A DNA stretch of 63,883 nucleotides, the filler included, from an uncultured Methanosarcinales archaeon (lineage in GTDB: Archaea; Nanobdellota; Nanobdellia; Woesearchaeales; CAYXTQ01): the NCBI GenBank assembly GCA_964608065.1. It is 5 parts of 5 records of this genome, joined end to end, with 100 filler letters (N's around TTAATTAATTAA, not from the genome) between each part and the next. Parts side by side here need not be neighbours in the genome. Positions count along the whole stretch, not along the records: positions 47,075 to 62,029 come from CAZSMA010000033.1; 4 more parts are not named here. One strand, written 5' to 3'. The notes under the pieces were generated by a model. That model was not told the DNA's origin. It saw nothing but the letters and a program-made list of their open reading frames with translations, and did no database searches. This document shows positions 49,240 to 58,546 of this stretch, piece after piece. Position numbers and translations under genes: made by a program. Position 1 is the stretch's first letter. Each line of letters begins with the position of its first letter.

Positions 49240-50009
49240 TGCTGTTAAAAAAAAAAAATTTTCCAGAAGAAAACGAATTAGTGCTGTGTACTGTAACAAA
49301 AGTACAGTATAACGGAGTTTTTGTCAAGTTAGACGAATATAGGGATAAATCTGGATTGATCCATATTCCAGAAGTAAGCCCTGGAAGAATCAGAAACATT
49401 TCTGATTATGTTGTAGAAGGAAAAAAAATTGTATGTCTTGTTCTAAGAGTTGACATAGACAGAGGCCATGTTGACTTGTCATTAAGAAGAGTCTCTGAGC
49501 CTCAGAAAAGAAAAAAAATAGACAGCATAAAGCAGCAGCAAAAAGCAGAAAAGATATTGGAAGTTGTAACAAAAAAACTAAACAAAGATTTAAACGAATT
49601 CTACCAAAATGTAACTGAAAAAGCTTTGGAAGATTATGACACTTTACACTCATTTTTTGAAGATGTTGTTGCAGGAAAAGCATCTTTGGAAAAACTTCCT
49701 ATAAGTCCCGAAGAAATCAAGGAACTGGATGAAGTTATAAGGCAGAGAATCAAACCAGAAGAAGTTAAATTAAATGCTTTCTTAAATCTGACAATATATG
49801 ACCCTAACGGTGTTGAAGTGATAAAAGATATTTTAAAAAAAATAGAAAGCCCTAATGTTGAAATAAGATATAGCGGGGGCAGCAGATATAATCTGACAAT
49901 AAAAAGTCATGATTATAAAGAAGCAGAGAAAATACTGGAAGAAACAGAACAAAAACTTTCTGATTATATGGACGATAAAGAAGGAATATCCAGTCTGGAA
50001 AGAGAATGA
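49239..50009 (+). CDS. eif2a: Translation initiation factor aIF-2 alpha
   Basis: FPEENELV, S1 domain LDEY..GLIHIPEVS, HVDLSLRRV. Confidence 0.96.
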   Translation: MLLKKKNFPEENELVLCTVTKVQYNGVFVKLDEYRDKSGLIHIPEVSPGRIRNISDYVVEGKKIVCLVLRVDIDRGHVDLSLRRVSEPQKRKKIDSIKQQQKAEKILEVVTKKLNKDLNEFYQNVTEKALEDYDTLHSFFEDVVAGKASLEKLPISPEEIKELDEVIRQRIKPEEVKLNAFLNLTIYDPNGVEVIKDILKKIESPNVEIRYSGGSRYNLTIKSHDYKEAEKILEETEQKLSDYMDDKEGISSLERE

Positions 50010-50161
50010 CAAAGCATATATTGAAATGCAATAATTGCAAAAATTACACTATGAATGAAAAGTGTAAGTGCGGAAGTAAAGCAGTGTTGTCAAAACCTGC
50101 AAAATTCAGTTTAGAAGACAAATACGCTCATTATAGAAGAAAAGCAAAAAAGATGATATAA
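50006..50161 (+). CDS. nop10: H/ACA RNP protein Nop10, not in the ORF track
   Basis: MTKHILKCNNCKNYTMNEKCKCG...PAKFSLEDKYAHYRR; canonical position after eif2a. Confidence 0.92.
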   Translation: MTKHILKCNNCKNYTMNEKCKCGSKAVLSKPAKFSLEDKYAHYRRKAKKMI

Positions 50162-50953
50162 ATGGGAGCATGGAAAATAGATATTACAGGAAAGAAGCCC
50201 AAATTAAATAATCCTGTGTTAATTGAAGGACTGCCTGGAATAGGCAATGTTGGCAAGATTGTAGTAGATTTTATGATAGATGAATTAAATGCAAAAAAAC
50301 TTTATGATATTACCTCTCATACTTTCCCGCATTCTGTTTTTATTAATGAAAACAATTTAGTTGAACTTCCAAAAATAGAGATTTATTATAAAAAAGGTAA
50401 AAACAATGATATTATATTTTTAGCTGGAGATGTACAGCCCATAGATGAGGTTAGTTCTTATGAATTTACTGAAAAAATACTGGATATAGCCAAAGAGTTT
50501 AAGTGCAAGGAAATAATAACTCTGGGAGGGATTGGATTGGCAGATATCCCAAAAAAACCTAAAGTATACTGCACTGGAAACAGCAAGAGCCTAATCAGGA
50601 AATATAAAAACGGAATAAAATTTTATGATAAATTACATGGTGTAGTTGGTCCGATAATAGGAGTAACTGGTTTATTGATTGGATTAGCTGAACAGAGAAA
50701 GATACGTGCAATTAGTTTTTTAGCAGAAACTTATGGCCATCCTATGTACTTAGGAATCAAAGGAGCAAGACAAATATTAGCTATCTTAAACAACAATCTT
50801 AAATTAAAGATTAACTTGAATAAACTTGATAAAGAGATAAAAAACATAGATAAAGAGATGATGATAAGAACAGAACAACTAGGTGAAGTAACTAAACAGA
50901 CAGCTATAAATAAACTAAAAGGTAAAATAAAAGAAGTCGATTATATTGGGTAA
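50162..50953 (+). CDS. PAC2-family proteasome assembly chaperone
   Basis: IEGLPGIGNVGK, GDVQP, ITLGG, IIGVTGLL, LAET; canonical synteny. Confidence 0.92.
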   Translation: MGAWKIDITGKKPKLNNPVLIEGLPGIGNVGKIVVDFMIDELNAKKLYDITSHTFPHSVFINENNLVELPKIEIYYKKGKNNDIIFLAGDVQPIDEVSSYEFTEKILDIAKEFKCKEIITLGGIGLADIPKKPKVYCTGNSKSLIRKYKNGIKFYDKLHGVVGPIIGVTGLLIGLAEQRKIRAISFLAETYGHPMYLGIKGARQILAILNNNLKLKINLNKLDKEIKNIDKEMMIRTEQLGEVTKQTAINKLKGKIKEVDYIG

Positions 50954-50976
50954 AAAAAAAATAAAAAAAAAAAAAA

Positions 50977-51192
50977 TTACTTCTTTTTTGTTTTCTTTAA
51001 AGCAGCCCCTAATGCTACTCCAATTGCAGCTCCGATACCTGCAGCAATAGCTGCAGCTCTTTCTGGATGTTTATGAACATATACTTTTACCTGTTTCTCA
51101 GCATTCACAAACTTCTTTTTTGCAATAGCTAAATCTCTTTTTGCGTTCACTTTAAACTTCTTTAACTTTGCAGCAGCTTTCTTTTTTGCCAT
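50977..51192 (-). CDS. YqjD/ElaB (DUF883)-like tail-anchored protein
   Basis: YVHKHPERAAAIAAGIGAAIGVALG plus basic tail; GAGGTGA SD. Confidence 0.7.
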   Translation of the reverse strand: MAKKKAAAKLKKFKVNAKRDLAIAKKKFVNAEKQVKVYVHKHPERAAAIAAGIGAAIGVALGAALKKTKKK

Positions 51193-51223
51193 TATACTCA
51201 CCTCTATTTTTTTTTTTTATAAA

Positions 51224-51532
51224 TTATTTCTTTGAATGAATCCTTATTATTAAGGAAAAGAAAAACACAACACCAGCAGTTATTAAAAATGCCAATGTCT
51301 TTGTAAGATGTTGATATTCAATAAGATAATATGTTAGAGCAATCAATAAAAAAATAAAAGCAATAATCATTAATACAGAAGAGAAAATCTTTTCTGTTAT
51401 AATCTTTATTGTCCGGTGTATCTTTTCTTTCATATTAAATGTAAAATCTTCTAATTTATCTTTAAAAATTCTAGAAACTGTTCCAAGAAGTGCTGTTTTC
51501 CAGTTTTTTTCTTCACCCTTCTTTTTTGGCAT
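51224..51532 (-). CDS. 2-TM membrane protein (YqjE/holin-like)
   Basis: Amphipathic N-terminus plus two TMs; adjacent to the DUF883-like gene. Confidence 0.55.
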   Translation of the reverse strand: MPKKKGEEKNWKTALLGTVSRIFKDKLEDFTFNMKEKIHRTIKIITEKIFSSVLMIIAFIFLLIALTYYLIEYQHLTKTLAFLITAGVVFFFSLIIRIHSKK

Positions 51533-51568
51533 AACAAATTTATAGAAAGTTTAGCTATTTAAATGTAT

Positions 51569-51638
51569 CGAAAACTTTTTTTTTTTAGGTTTTCGGACAT
51601 TTAAACTTGAAAATCTGAGATTTTCATTGTTTAAATGT
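51569..51638. repeat. REP-like hairpin cluster upstream of eno
   Basis: CGAAAACT...GGTTTTCG, and TGAAAATC-TGA-GATTTTCA nested in ACATTTAAAC/GTTTAAATGT. Confidence 0.6.
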
Positions 51639-51705
51639 TTCTGAAAGAAACAAAAATAGCAATATTTATATATTTAGAATTTTAATTTTTATTCAGGGGT
51701 TGGTA

Positions 51706-52965
51706 ATGTCAAAATTAAAAAGAATTAAAGCAAGAGAAGTCTTAGATTCTAGAGGAAATCCTACTATAGAGGTAGATGTGTTAACAAACAATGGTTTGTC
51801 AAGAGCTATAGTTCCAAGCGGAGCTTCAACTGGCAAACATGAATCCTTGGAATTAAGAGATCATGATAAAAGATATAATGGAAAAGGAGTTTTAAAAGCA
51901 GTAAATAATGTCAACAAAATTGCAAAGAAACTTATTGGCCTAGACTGCACAAACCAAAAAAAAATAGATTCTTTAATGTTAAAATTAGACGGAACTGCAA
52001 ACAAATCAATTTTAGGAGCAAATGCTATTTTAGGAGTAAGTTTAGCAGTATGCAAAGCAGCAGCATTGTCATCTTCCCTTCCATTGTATCAATATATATC
52101 TAAACTATCTGGAAGAAAATTATCCTTACCTATACCTCAGATGAATATCATCAACAGCGGCAGGCATGCTGGCATTGAAAATGATATACAGGAACACATG
52201 ATAATGCCTGTTAAATTCAAAAGTTTTAGTGAAGCACTAAGAGCAGGAACTGAAACATACCATACTCTAAAAGAAATTTTAAAGGATAAGTTTGATGCAA
52301 CTGCTATAAATGTAGGTGATGAAGGAGGATTTGCACCCCCTATAAAAAACATTATAGAAAGACTTGAATTAATCCAGAGCGCTATTGAAACTACAGGTTA
52401 TAATAAAAAAATATTCATAGCCCTGGACTGCGCATCATCAGAATTCTACCATCATGCTAAATATCAGATTAATGGTGTAACTTATGATTCAGGAGAATTA
52501 ATAGACTTCTATGATGATTTAGTTAAAACTTATAATATCATATCCATAGAGGATGGAATGGCAGAGGATGACTGGCATGGATGGCATGAGTTAAATTTAA
52601 AACTTGGAAACAAAATACAGATTGTTGGTGACGATTTACTTGTTACAAATGTCAGCAGGATAAACAGAGCTGTAAAAGAAAAAAGCTGCAATAGCTTATT
52701 ATTAAAAGTAAATCAGATTGGAACAGTTACAGAATCTATTGAAGCAGCTAACCTTGCTTTCAACAACAAATGGTCAGTTGTAGTAAGCCACAGAAGCGGC
52801 GAAACAGAAGATACTTTTATAGCAGACTTAGCAGTTGGATTAGATTCAGGACAGTCTAAGTTTGGAGCTCCAGCCAGAAGTGAACGAAACTGCAAATATA
52901 ATCAATTATTAAGAATAGAAGAAAGATTAGGAAAAAAAATAAAATTCAATAACAAGGTGAGATAA
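51706..52965 (+). CDS. eno: Enolase
   Basis: [44 protein letters not shown]. Confidence 0.98.
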   Translation: MSKLKRIKAREVLDSRGNPTIEVDVLTNNGLSRAIVPSGASTGKHESLELRDHDKRYNGKGVLKAVNNVNKIAKKLIGLDCTNQKKIDSLMLKLDGTANKSILGANAILGVSLAVCKAAALSSSLPLYQYISKLSGRKLSLPIPQMNIINSGRHAGIENDIQEHMIMPVKFKSFSEALRAGTETYHTLKEILKDKFDATAINVGDEGGFAPPIKNIIERLELIQSAIETTGYNKKIFIALDCASSEFYHHAKYQINGVTYDSGELIDFYDDLVKTYNIISIEDGMAEDDWHGWHELNLKLGNKIQIVGDDLLVTNVSRINRAVKEKSCNSLLLKVNQIGTVTESIEAANLAFNNKWSVVVSHRSGETEDTFIADLAVGLDSGQSKFGAPARSERNCKYNQLLRIEERLGKKIKFNNKVR

Positions 52966-52966
52966 A

Positions 52967-53401
52967 ATGATATATTTGGGTTCAGATCATGGTGGTTTTG
53001 ATTTAAAAGAAGCAATAAAGAAAAACTTGGGAAAAAAAAATATTGAATATACAGATTCTGGTCCGCATGAAATAGACAATGATGATGATTATCCTGATTT
53101 TGCTATTAAAGTTGCAGAAGAAGTTGCAAAAAGCGAAGACAACAAAGGAATCTTGATCTGCGGCACAGGAATCGGAATGTGCATGACAGCTAATAAAGTA
53201 AGAGCTATTAGAGCCTCACTCTGCTATGACAAGAATACTGCAATATTATCAAGAGAACATAATAATTCTAATGTCTTATGTTTAGGTGGAAGAACTATAA
53301 AGAAAGGCAAAGCATTAAAAATAGTTGATGTCTGGCTTAACACCCCATTCAGCAATGTTGACAGGCATAAAAGACGCGTTGATAAGATGGATAACTTATA
53401 G
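52967..53401 (+). CDS. rpiB: Ribose-5-phosphate isomerase B
   Basis: GSDHGG, DYPD, CGTGIG, REHNNSNVL, RHKRRV. Confidence 0.96.
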   Translation: MIYLGSDHGGFDLKEAIKKNLGKKNIEYTDSGPHEIDNDDDYPDFAIKVAEEVAKSEDNKGILICGTGIGMCMTANKVRAIRASLCYDKNTAILSREHNNSNVLCLGGRTIKKGKALKIVDVWLNTPFSNVDRHKRRVDKMDNL

Positions 53402-53504
53402 GAATATTTAAATACCAATTTAATATTTCATATTTAAAAAAGAGAGAGTGATAGTGTAAATATCACTCCAAGATTTCTTGGGGGTTTTAAAAGATGTGTT
53501 ATTT

Positions 53505-55145
53505 ATGGATGAATTTGCAGAATTAGTCAATTCCTCACATAGAACTTTGCTTGATATAGGCATAGATATCTATGACACCCCAAGTTTTACATCAAAGATA
53601 TTTTCTAGAGTTCCCAGACTACCAAAAAAAGTTGTCGATAGAAATACTTTGAAATTAATCCAAATTCGGGATTTATTTAAGGCAACAGATTACACAACAA
53701 CAGCTACAGGAGCATCAACACTTTTTAGATCATTAACAAATCCTTTAACCTCATTAGAATTAATATTAGCTAAGCAAGAAAGTTTAAGAGAATTAGAAGC
53801 AGATGATAAACTTAGAAATTCAATTAAAGATTATCTTAAAGAATTCAAGAAAAAAGAAACAAATCTATTTTTATTTCTAAAGGAGACTCTTGGCGAAGAC
53901 ATTATCCAACCCTACAGTCCCTTTAAGGAAGCTGTGAAAGCGAATAAGACATTGGTGAATGCTATAAAATCAATACCTGCACCAGAATCAAAATATCTGC
54001 AATATCTATCTAATTCGATAAAAGAATTTGGAGACACTGAACTCTATAGTCTAATAAGGGGGCCGATTTATAGAACATTTAAGGGTTTGAAATCTAAAGA
54101 AAATATAAATTTCCTAACACCTGTCTGGAAATTTGCACCTAGACGTGTTTCATTCCCAAATTCAGCACCACTTATGCAAGTATTACTACTTTCGATACTG
54201 GAGGCAAAAGGTATGGTTGCAGCATATCAATTCAAATTTATCCCAACAAATTTGAATGAGTGGCTACTTTCATCAGTTGTTTTTGGAGCAATTGCTGGTC
54301 TTTTGGGTATGGCATTTATTAAACCAGGGTTAGATGAAATTACAGCACTAGATCCTCTTAAAGAAAAAATGAAGAAAGATGAATCCTACAAAACAGCATT
54401 GGACTCACTAGGAAAATTAGATGAATTACTATCCTTTTACAAATATGGGAAAGAAATGCCTGTAGATGTTGTAATTCCAACAGTAACTGATGATAATAAT
54501 CATTATTTTAGTGCTAAAAATGTACGAAATCCTATTTTGGCAAAAGATCCACAATTTATACAAAATGATGTAAATCTAAACAGAACTAGTTTAACTGTGA
54601 TAACAGGGCCTAACAGCGGCGGTAAAACAACCTACTGCAAGACTATTGCTCAAAATCAGATTCTTGCACAAAGTGGAAGTTATGTTGTGGCTTCTGAAGC
54701 TTCTATTAATATTGCAGACCTAGTTGCCTATCATGCTCCAGTGTTTGATGCGCTTAAAGATGAGGAAGGTAGATTTGGTACAGAGTTAAAGAGAACAAGA
54801 GACATTTTCTACAGAACAACTCCTAAAAGTCTTGTAATACTTGATGAACTTGCTGAAGGAACAACTTTCAGTGAAAAGATGGCACAATCCCATATAATCC
54901 TTGATGGTTTTTATAGCAAAGGTAATAACACGGTTTTAGTCACTCACAATCACCAATTAGCAACTAGACTTAGAAAAGAGCAAAAAGGCCAATATTTACA
55001 AGTAGAATTTGATGGAGAAAATCCAACTTTTAGAGTAATTGAAGGCATCTCAAGAAAAAGTCATGCAAAAAGAATTGCAAAGAAAATCTCATTCTCAAAA
55101 GAAGATATTAAAAGACATTTAATTAAAGAAGGATATGCTAAATAA
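53505..55145 (+). CDS. MutS-related protein (domain V ATPase, with hydrophobic segment)
   Basis: ITGPNSGGKTT, GRFGTEL, ILDELAEGT, VTHNH; no MutS mismatch-recognition domain seen. Confidence 0.85.
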   Translation: MDEFAELVNSSHRTLLDIGIDIYDTPSFTSKIFSRVPRLPKKVVDRNTLKLIQIRDLFKATDYTTTATGASTLFRSLTNPLTSLELILAKQESLRELEADDKLRNSIKDYLKEFKKKETNLFLFLKETLGEDIIQPYSPFKEAVKANKTLVNAIKSIPAPESKYLQYLSNSIKEFGDTELYSLIRGPIYRTFKGLKSKENINFLTPVWKFAPRRVSFPNSAPLMQVLLLSILEAKGMVAAYQFKFIPTNLNEWLLSSVVFGAIAGLLGMAFIKPGLDEITALDPLKEKMKKDESYKTALDSLGKLDELLSFYKYGKEMPVDVVIPTVTDDNNHYFSAKNVRNPILAKDPQFIQNDVNLNRTSLTVITGPNSGGKTTYCKTIAQNQILAQSGSYVVASEASINIADLVAYHAPVFDALKDEEGRFGTELKRTRDIFYRTTPKSLVILDELAEGTTFSEKMAQSHIILDGFYSKGNNTVLVTHNHQLATRLRKEQKGQYLQVEFDGENPTFRVIEGISRKSHAKRIAKKISFSKEDIKRHLIKEGYAK

Positions 55146-55190
55146 AAATCTCCCAATACATTTATATATAATAAATGTTAACATATTCTT

Positions 55191-55808
55191 ATGATAGTCC
55201 CAGCATTAATCACAAATTCTCAGGAAGATTTGGATATTATGATTGATAAGGTCAAAGATTTTGTAGAAAGAGTCCAATTGGATTTAATGGATGAAAAGTT
55301 TGTTCCAACAAAAAGCTTAATGTTTGACCTGGAACTAAAACCTGTTGTCAAATATGAAGCACATCTGATGATTGAAAACTCTGAAGAATGGATTAAAAAC
55401 AACATAAAGAAAATAGATATATTTCTGCCTCATTTTGAAACTGTAAAAGACCCAAATAATATAATCAAGTTTGTTAAAACTAATAACAAAAAGATTGGAT
55501 TTGCAATAAACCCTGAAACACCTGTTTCAGATATAGCACCTTATCTTGACAGATTAGACATGGTTTTGATTATGACAGTTGATCCTGGATTCTATGGAAG
55601 TAAATTTGTTCCAGCTACTATCCCAAAAATAAAAGAACTAAGAACTCTAAGACCTAACTTAGATATTGAAGTTGATGGAGGAATTGCTCCAGGAACTATA
55701 GAATTAGTCAAAGAAGCAGGAGCAAATATTTTTGTTAGTGGCAGTTTTATTTTAAAAAGTGATAATCCTAAAGAGGCAATAAAGAAATTAGAAGAACTAA
55801 CACAATGA
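55191..55808 (+). CDS. rpe: Ribulose-phosphate 3-epimerase
   Basis: DLMDEKFVP, EAHLMI, AINPETP, MTVDPGFYG, EVDGGI, VSGS. Confidence 0.95.
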   Translation: MIVPALITNSQEDLDIMIDKVKDFVERVQLDLMDEKFVPTKSLMFDLELKPVVKYEAHLMIENSEEWIKNNIKKIDIFLPHFETVKDPNNIIKFVKTNNKKIGFAINPETPVSDIAPYLDRLDMVLIMTVDPGFYGSKFVPATIPKIKELRTLRPNLDIEVDGGIAPGTIELVKEAGANIFVSGSFILKSDNPKEAIKKLEELTQ

Positions 55809-56995
55809 AGAAGATAATATTCCTAATAATGGATGGCATGGGAGACAGGCCTATCAAGAAATTCAATAATAAGACTCCTTTGGAAGCAGCTTACACTCCT
55901 AACATGGATTTTTTAGCTAAAAACGGAATTACAGGCATAATGCATGTTTTAGGAAAAGGGGTAATTCCTCATTCTGATCAGGGACATTTAACTTTGTTTG
56001 GCTATGATTTAAAAAAACATTATCACAGCAGAGGCCCTATTGAAGCTTTAGGTGTTGGATTAAAACTAAAAAAAGGAGATGTTGCTTTAAGGGCTAATCT
56101 AGGAAGTGTTGATAAAAAATTGGTTGTAAAGGACAGAAGGTCAGGAAGGATTGAATCAACAAAGCCTTTTGTTAAATTAATGAATAAGACTGTAATAGAT
56201 GGTGTTAAATTTATTTTAAAATCAGGAACATCTCATAGAGCAGTTATAGTTATGAGTGGTAAAGGCATTAGTGATCAAATATCTCGTTCTGATCCTTGGG
56301 AAAAAGGGAAGAAAGTGTTAAAAATAAAAGCATTAGATAATAGTAAAGAAGCAAAATTTACTGCTGATGTCCTGAATAAATTCTTAGAATTATCATATAA
56401 TAAATTTAAAGATTTTAAACTAAACAAAGAAAGAATCAGAGAAGGAAAACTAGCTGGAAACTATTGGTTAGCAAGAGGAGCAGGTCATTTTAAAAAAATC
56501 CCATCATTTAAAGAAATGTACAACTTAAAAAGCTGCTGCATAGCAGGTGGAGGATTATACAAAGGCCTTGGAGCGATTGCTGGTATGGAAGTCCTTAAAG
56601 TAAAAGGAGCAACAGGAACTCCAAACACAGACCTTAGAGCTAAATTCCTGGCTGCAAAAAAATACTTGAGAAAATACGATTTTATATTTTTACATATAAA
56701 AGGAACAGATATATTTGGTCATGATGGAAATCCTGATGGTAAAAAACAATTTATAGAGAAAGTTGACAAACAATTACCTATTCTAATGGACCAAGATGTT
56801 TTAATAACAATAACAGCAGACCATTCAACTCCTTGTGCAAACAAAGATCATTCTGCTGATCCTGTTCCTGTTTTAATCTACAGCAAGGGTTTAGAACCAG
56901 ATTCTGTAGATAAATTTGGAGAAAGTTATTGCAAGAATGGAAAGTTAGGTGTCATATCTGGCAGAAGATTTCTTAAACTTATTCAGAAATGTTAG
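55805..56995 (+). CDS. apgM: BPG-independent phosphoglycerate mutase, archaeal type
   Basis: DGMGDRP, TPLEAAYTPNMD, SD..H, HIKGTD..GHDG, TADHSTP, HSADPVP. Confidence 0.95.
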   Translation: MKKIIFLIMDGMGDRPIKKFNNKTPLEAAYTPNMDFLAKNGITGIMHVLGKGVIPHSDQGHLTLFGYDLKKHYHSRGPIEALGVGLKLKKGDVALRANLGSVDKKLVVKDRRSGRIESTKPFVKLMNKTVIDGVKFILKSGTSHRAVIVMSGKGISDQISRSDPWEKGKKVLKIKALDNSKEAKFTADVLNKFLELSYNKFKDFKLNKERIREGKLAGNYWLARGAGHFKKIPSFKEMYNLKSCCIAGGGLYKGLGAIAGMEVLKVKGATGTPNTDLRAKFLAAKKYLRKYDFIFLHIKGTDIFGHDGNPDGKKQFIEKVDKQLPILMDQDVLITITADHSTPCANKDHSADPVPVLIYSKGLEPDSVDKFGESYCKNGKLGVISGRRFLKLIQKC

Positions 56996-57229
56996 ATAAT
57001 CTAATTTAATCCAAATAATCATAGGTTCTATTATATTGTGAGCAATATATTCAAGAAGCACCTTAGGGTAAGGGTGTTTTTGAACTAATTGTTGGGTAAG
57101 ACTATATTGAAGTTTTTTATTTCCCTCAGCTGTATCAATTGCTCTAATATAACCCTCAATACTTCTATCTCCAGCTAACAATTGATCAATAGTATGATTA
57201 CTTTCTTGAGTTTGTGATTTTTCCATCAT
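56945..57229 (-). CDS. Hypothetical protein
   Basis: ORF with TTTAAATA upstream; overlaps the apgM 3' end. Confidence 0.4.
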   Translation of the reverse strand: MMEKSQTQESNHTIDQLLAGDRSIEGYIRAIDTAEGNKKLQYSLTQQLVQKHPYPKVLLEYIAHNIIEPMIIWIKLDYLTFLNKFKKSSARYDT

Positions 57230-57405
57230 AATTTAATATATAAATTAAATATTATTTAAACTTTTCCTAACTACTATATGTATATAATTAAAACAGAAAC
57301 CTTTATCAAATAGCTTTATTCTACATTAAATCAATGAAACTCCAAACCTTGAAACCATTAATTCCCAAAGAAATCTATGAAGTATTAAAATAGAAATATT
57401 TATAT

Positions 57406-57447
57406 ATTATGTCATATTTACATAATATTATGGAAAAAATACATAAT
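57406..57447 (+). promoter_or_regulatory. Tandem ATTATG-N9-CATAAT palindromes (21-bp period), probable operator
   Basis: Copies at 57406-57426 and 57427-57447, directly after TTTATATA. Confidence 0.65.
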
Positions 57448-58026
57448 ACAACAAAGGATAAAATATTAAAATTACTTCTTTCAAAAAGAAAAGAAGAGTT
57501 CACAATAAGATATATCTCAAAAAGAATTTCAATAGATTACAAAGCAGTTCACATAACTGTCAAGAGGCTGATAAAAAGCAATGTAGTTAAAGCAAGAAAA
57601 GCTGGCCAAACAATTTTATGCTCTATAAATCAAAAAGTATTTGATGTTGATATGTTCAGAGCTGAGTCAATAAGAAAAAGAGAAATATTGTCTGATAAAA
57701 ATATTTATGTATTATACAATAGAATAAAAAATACTGTTAAATGTTTTTTTATATTGCTCTTATTTGGTTCATATGCTTCAGGTAAAAAACAAAAAAAGTC
57801 AGATATCGACCTTATGCTAATAACTAATGAGGATTCAATAATAAAGAATGTAAAACATATTGTTTCAACTTTGCCTTTAAAAATACATTTTATAAGCTTT
57901 AATAGTGAAGAATTTTTATCAATGCTTACTACAACTAAGTTTAATGTTGGAAAAGAAGCTGCTGATAATAATATAATACTTTTTGGAATTGAGGATTACT
58001 ATAGGTTAATCAAAAATGTTGGATGA
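57430..58026 (+). CDS. wHTH + MNT nucleotidyltransferase
   Basis: HTH, LFGSYASG...SDIDLMLI; start is 57430 or 57409. Confidence 0.9.
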   Translation: MEKIHNTTKDKILKLLLSKRKEEFTIRYISKRISIDYKAVHITVKRLIKSNVVKARKAGQTILCSINQKVFDVDMFRAESIRKREILSDKNIYVLYNRIKNTVKCFFILLLFGSYASGKKQKKSDIDLMLITNEDSIIKNVKHIVSTLPLKIHFISFNSEEFLSMLTTTKFNVGKEAADNNIILFGIEDYYRLIKNVG

Positions 58027-58546
58027 AAAAAGAGTTAAGGAAGCAGAAAATAATATTAAGATATATCTTGATGATGATTTAATTGTTAAAGTTAAAGATT
58101 TCAGAAAAGAAATTCTTGAAACATATAAAAGAAATTATAACGAATCTTTAAAAGTAGCTAAAATTCTTTTTGAAAAAAACTTATCACATTTATGGGTAGT
58201 TGTAACAAGCTATTATACAATGTACTACACTGCAAATGCAGTCTTATATAACATAGGATATAAAGTAGGCTCAAAAGTAAGCCACAAAGTTACATCAGAT
58301 GCTTTAATAGTTTTTGTCAGAAATAAATTAAAAAAAAGCCTTATTGAAGACTTTGAAGAAGCTAAAGAAGAAGCGCTTGAAATAATAGGAAGAAAAACAG
58401 ATGAAATAATAAGCAGCTTTGATAGAGAATGGGAAAAAAGGTCTTTCTTTCAGTATGAAACAACAGAGACAATAAAAAGAGCAAAAGCAAAAACATCTTT
58501 TGAAAGAGCAAAAAAGTTTATATTTGAGATGGAGAAGCTTTTATAA
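58016..58546 (+). CDS. HEPN-domain protein
   Basis: SYYTMYYTANAVL, KVSHK, KRSFFQY. Confidence 0.88.
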   Translation: MLDEKRVKEAENNIKIYLDDDLIVKVKDFRKEILETYKRNYNESLKVAKILFEKNLSHLWVVVTSYYTMYYTANAVLYNIGYKVGSKVSHKVTSDALIVFVRNKLKKSLIEDFEEAKEEALEIIGRKTDEIISSFDREWEKRSFFQYETTETIKRAKAKTSFERAKKFIFEMEKLL

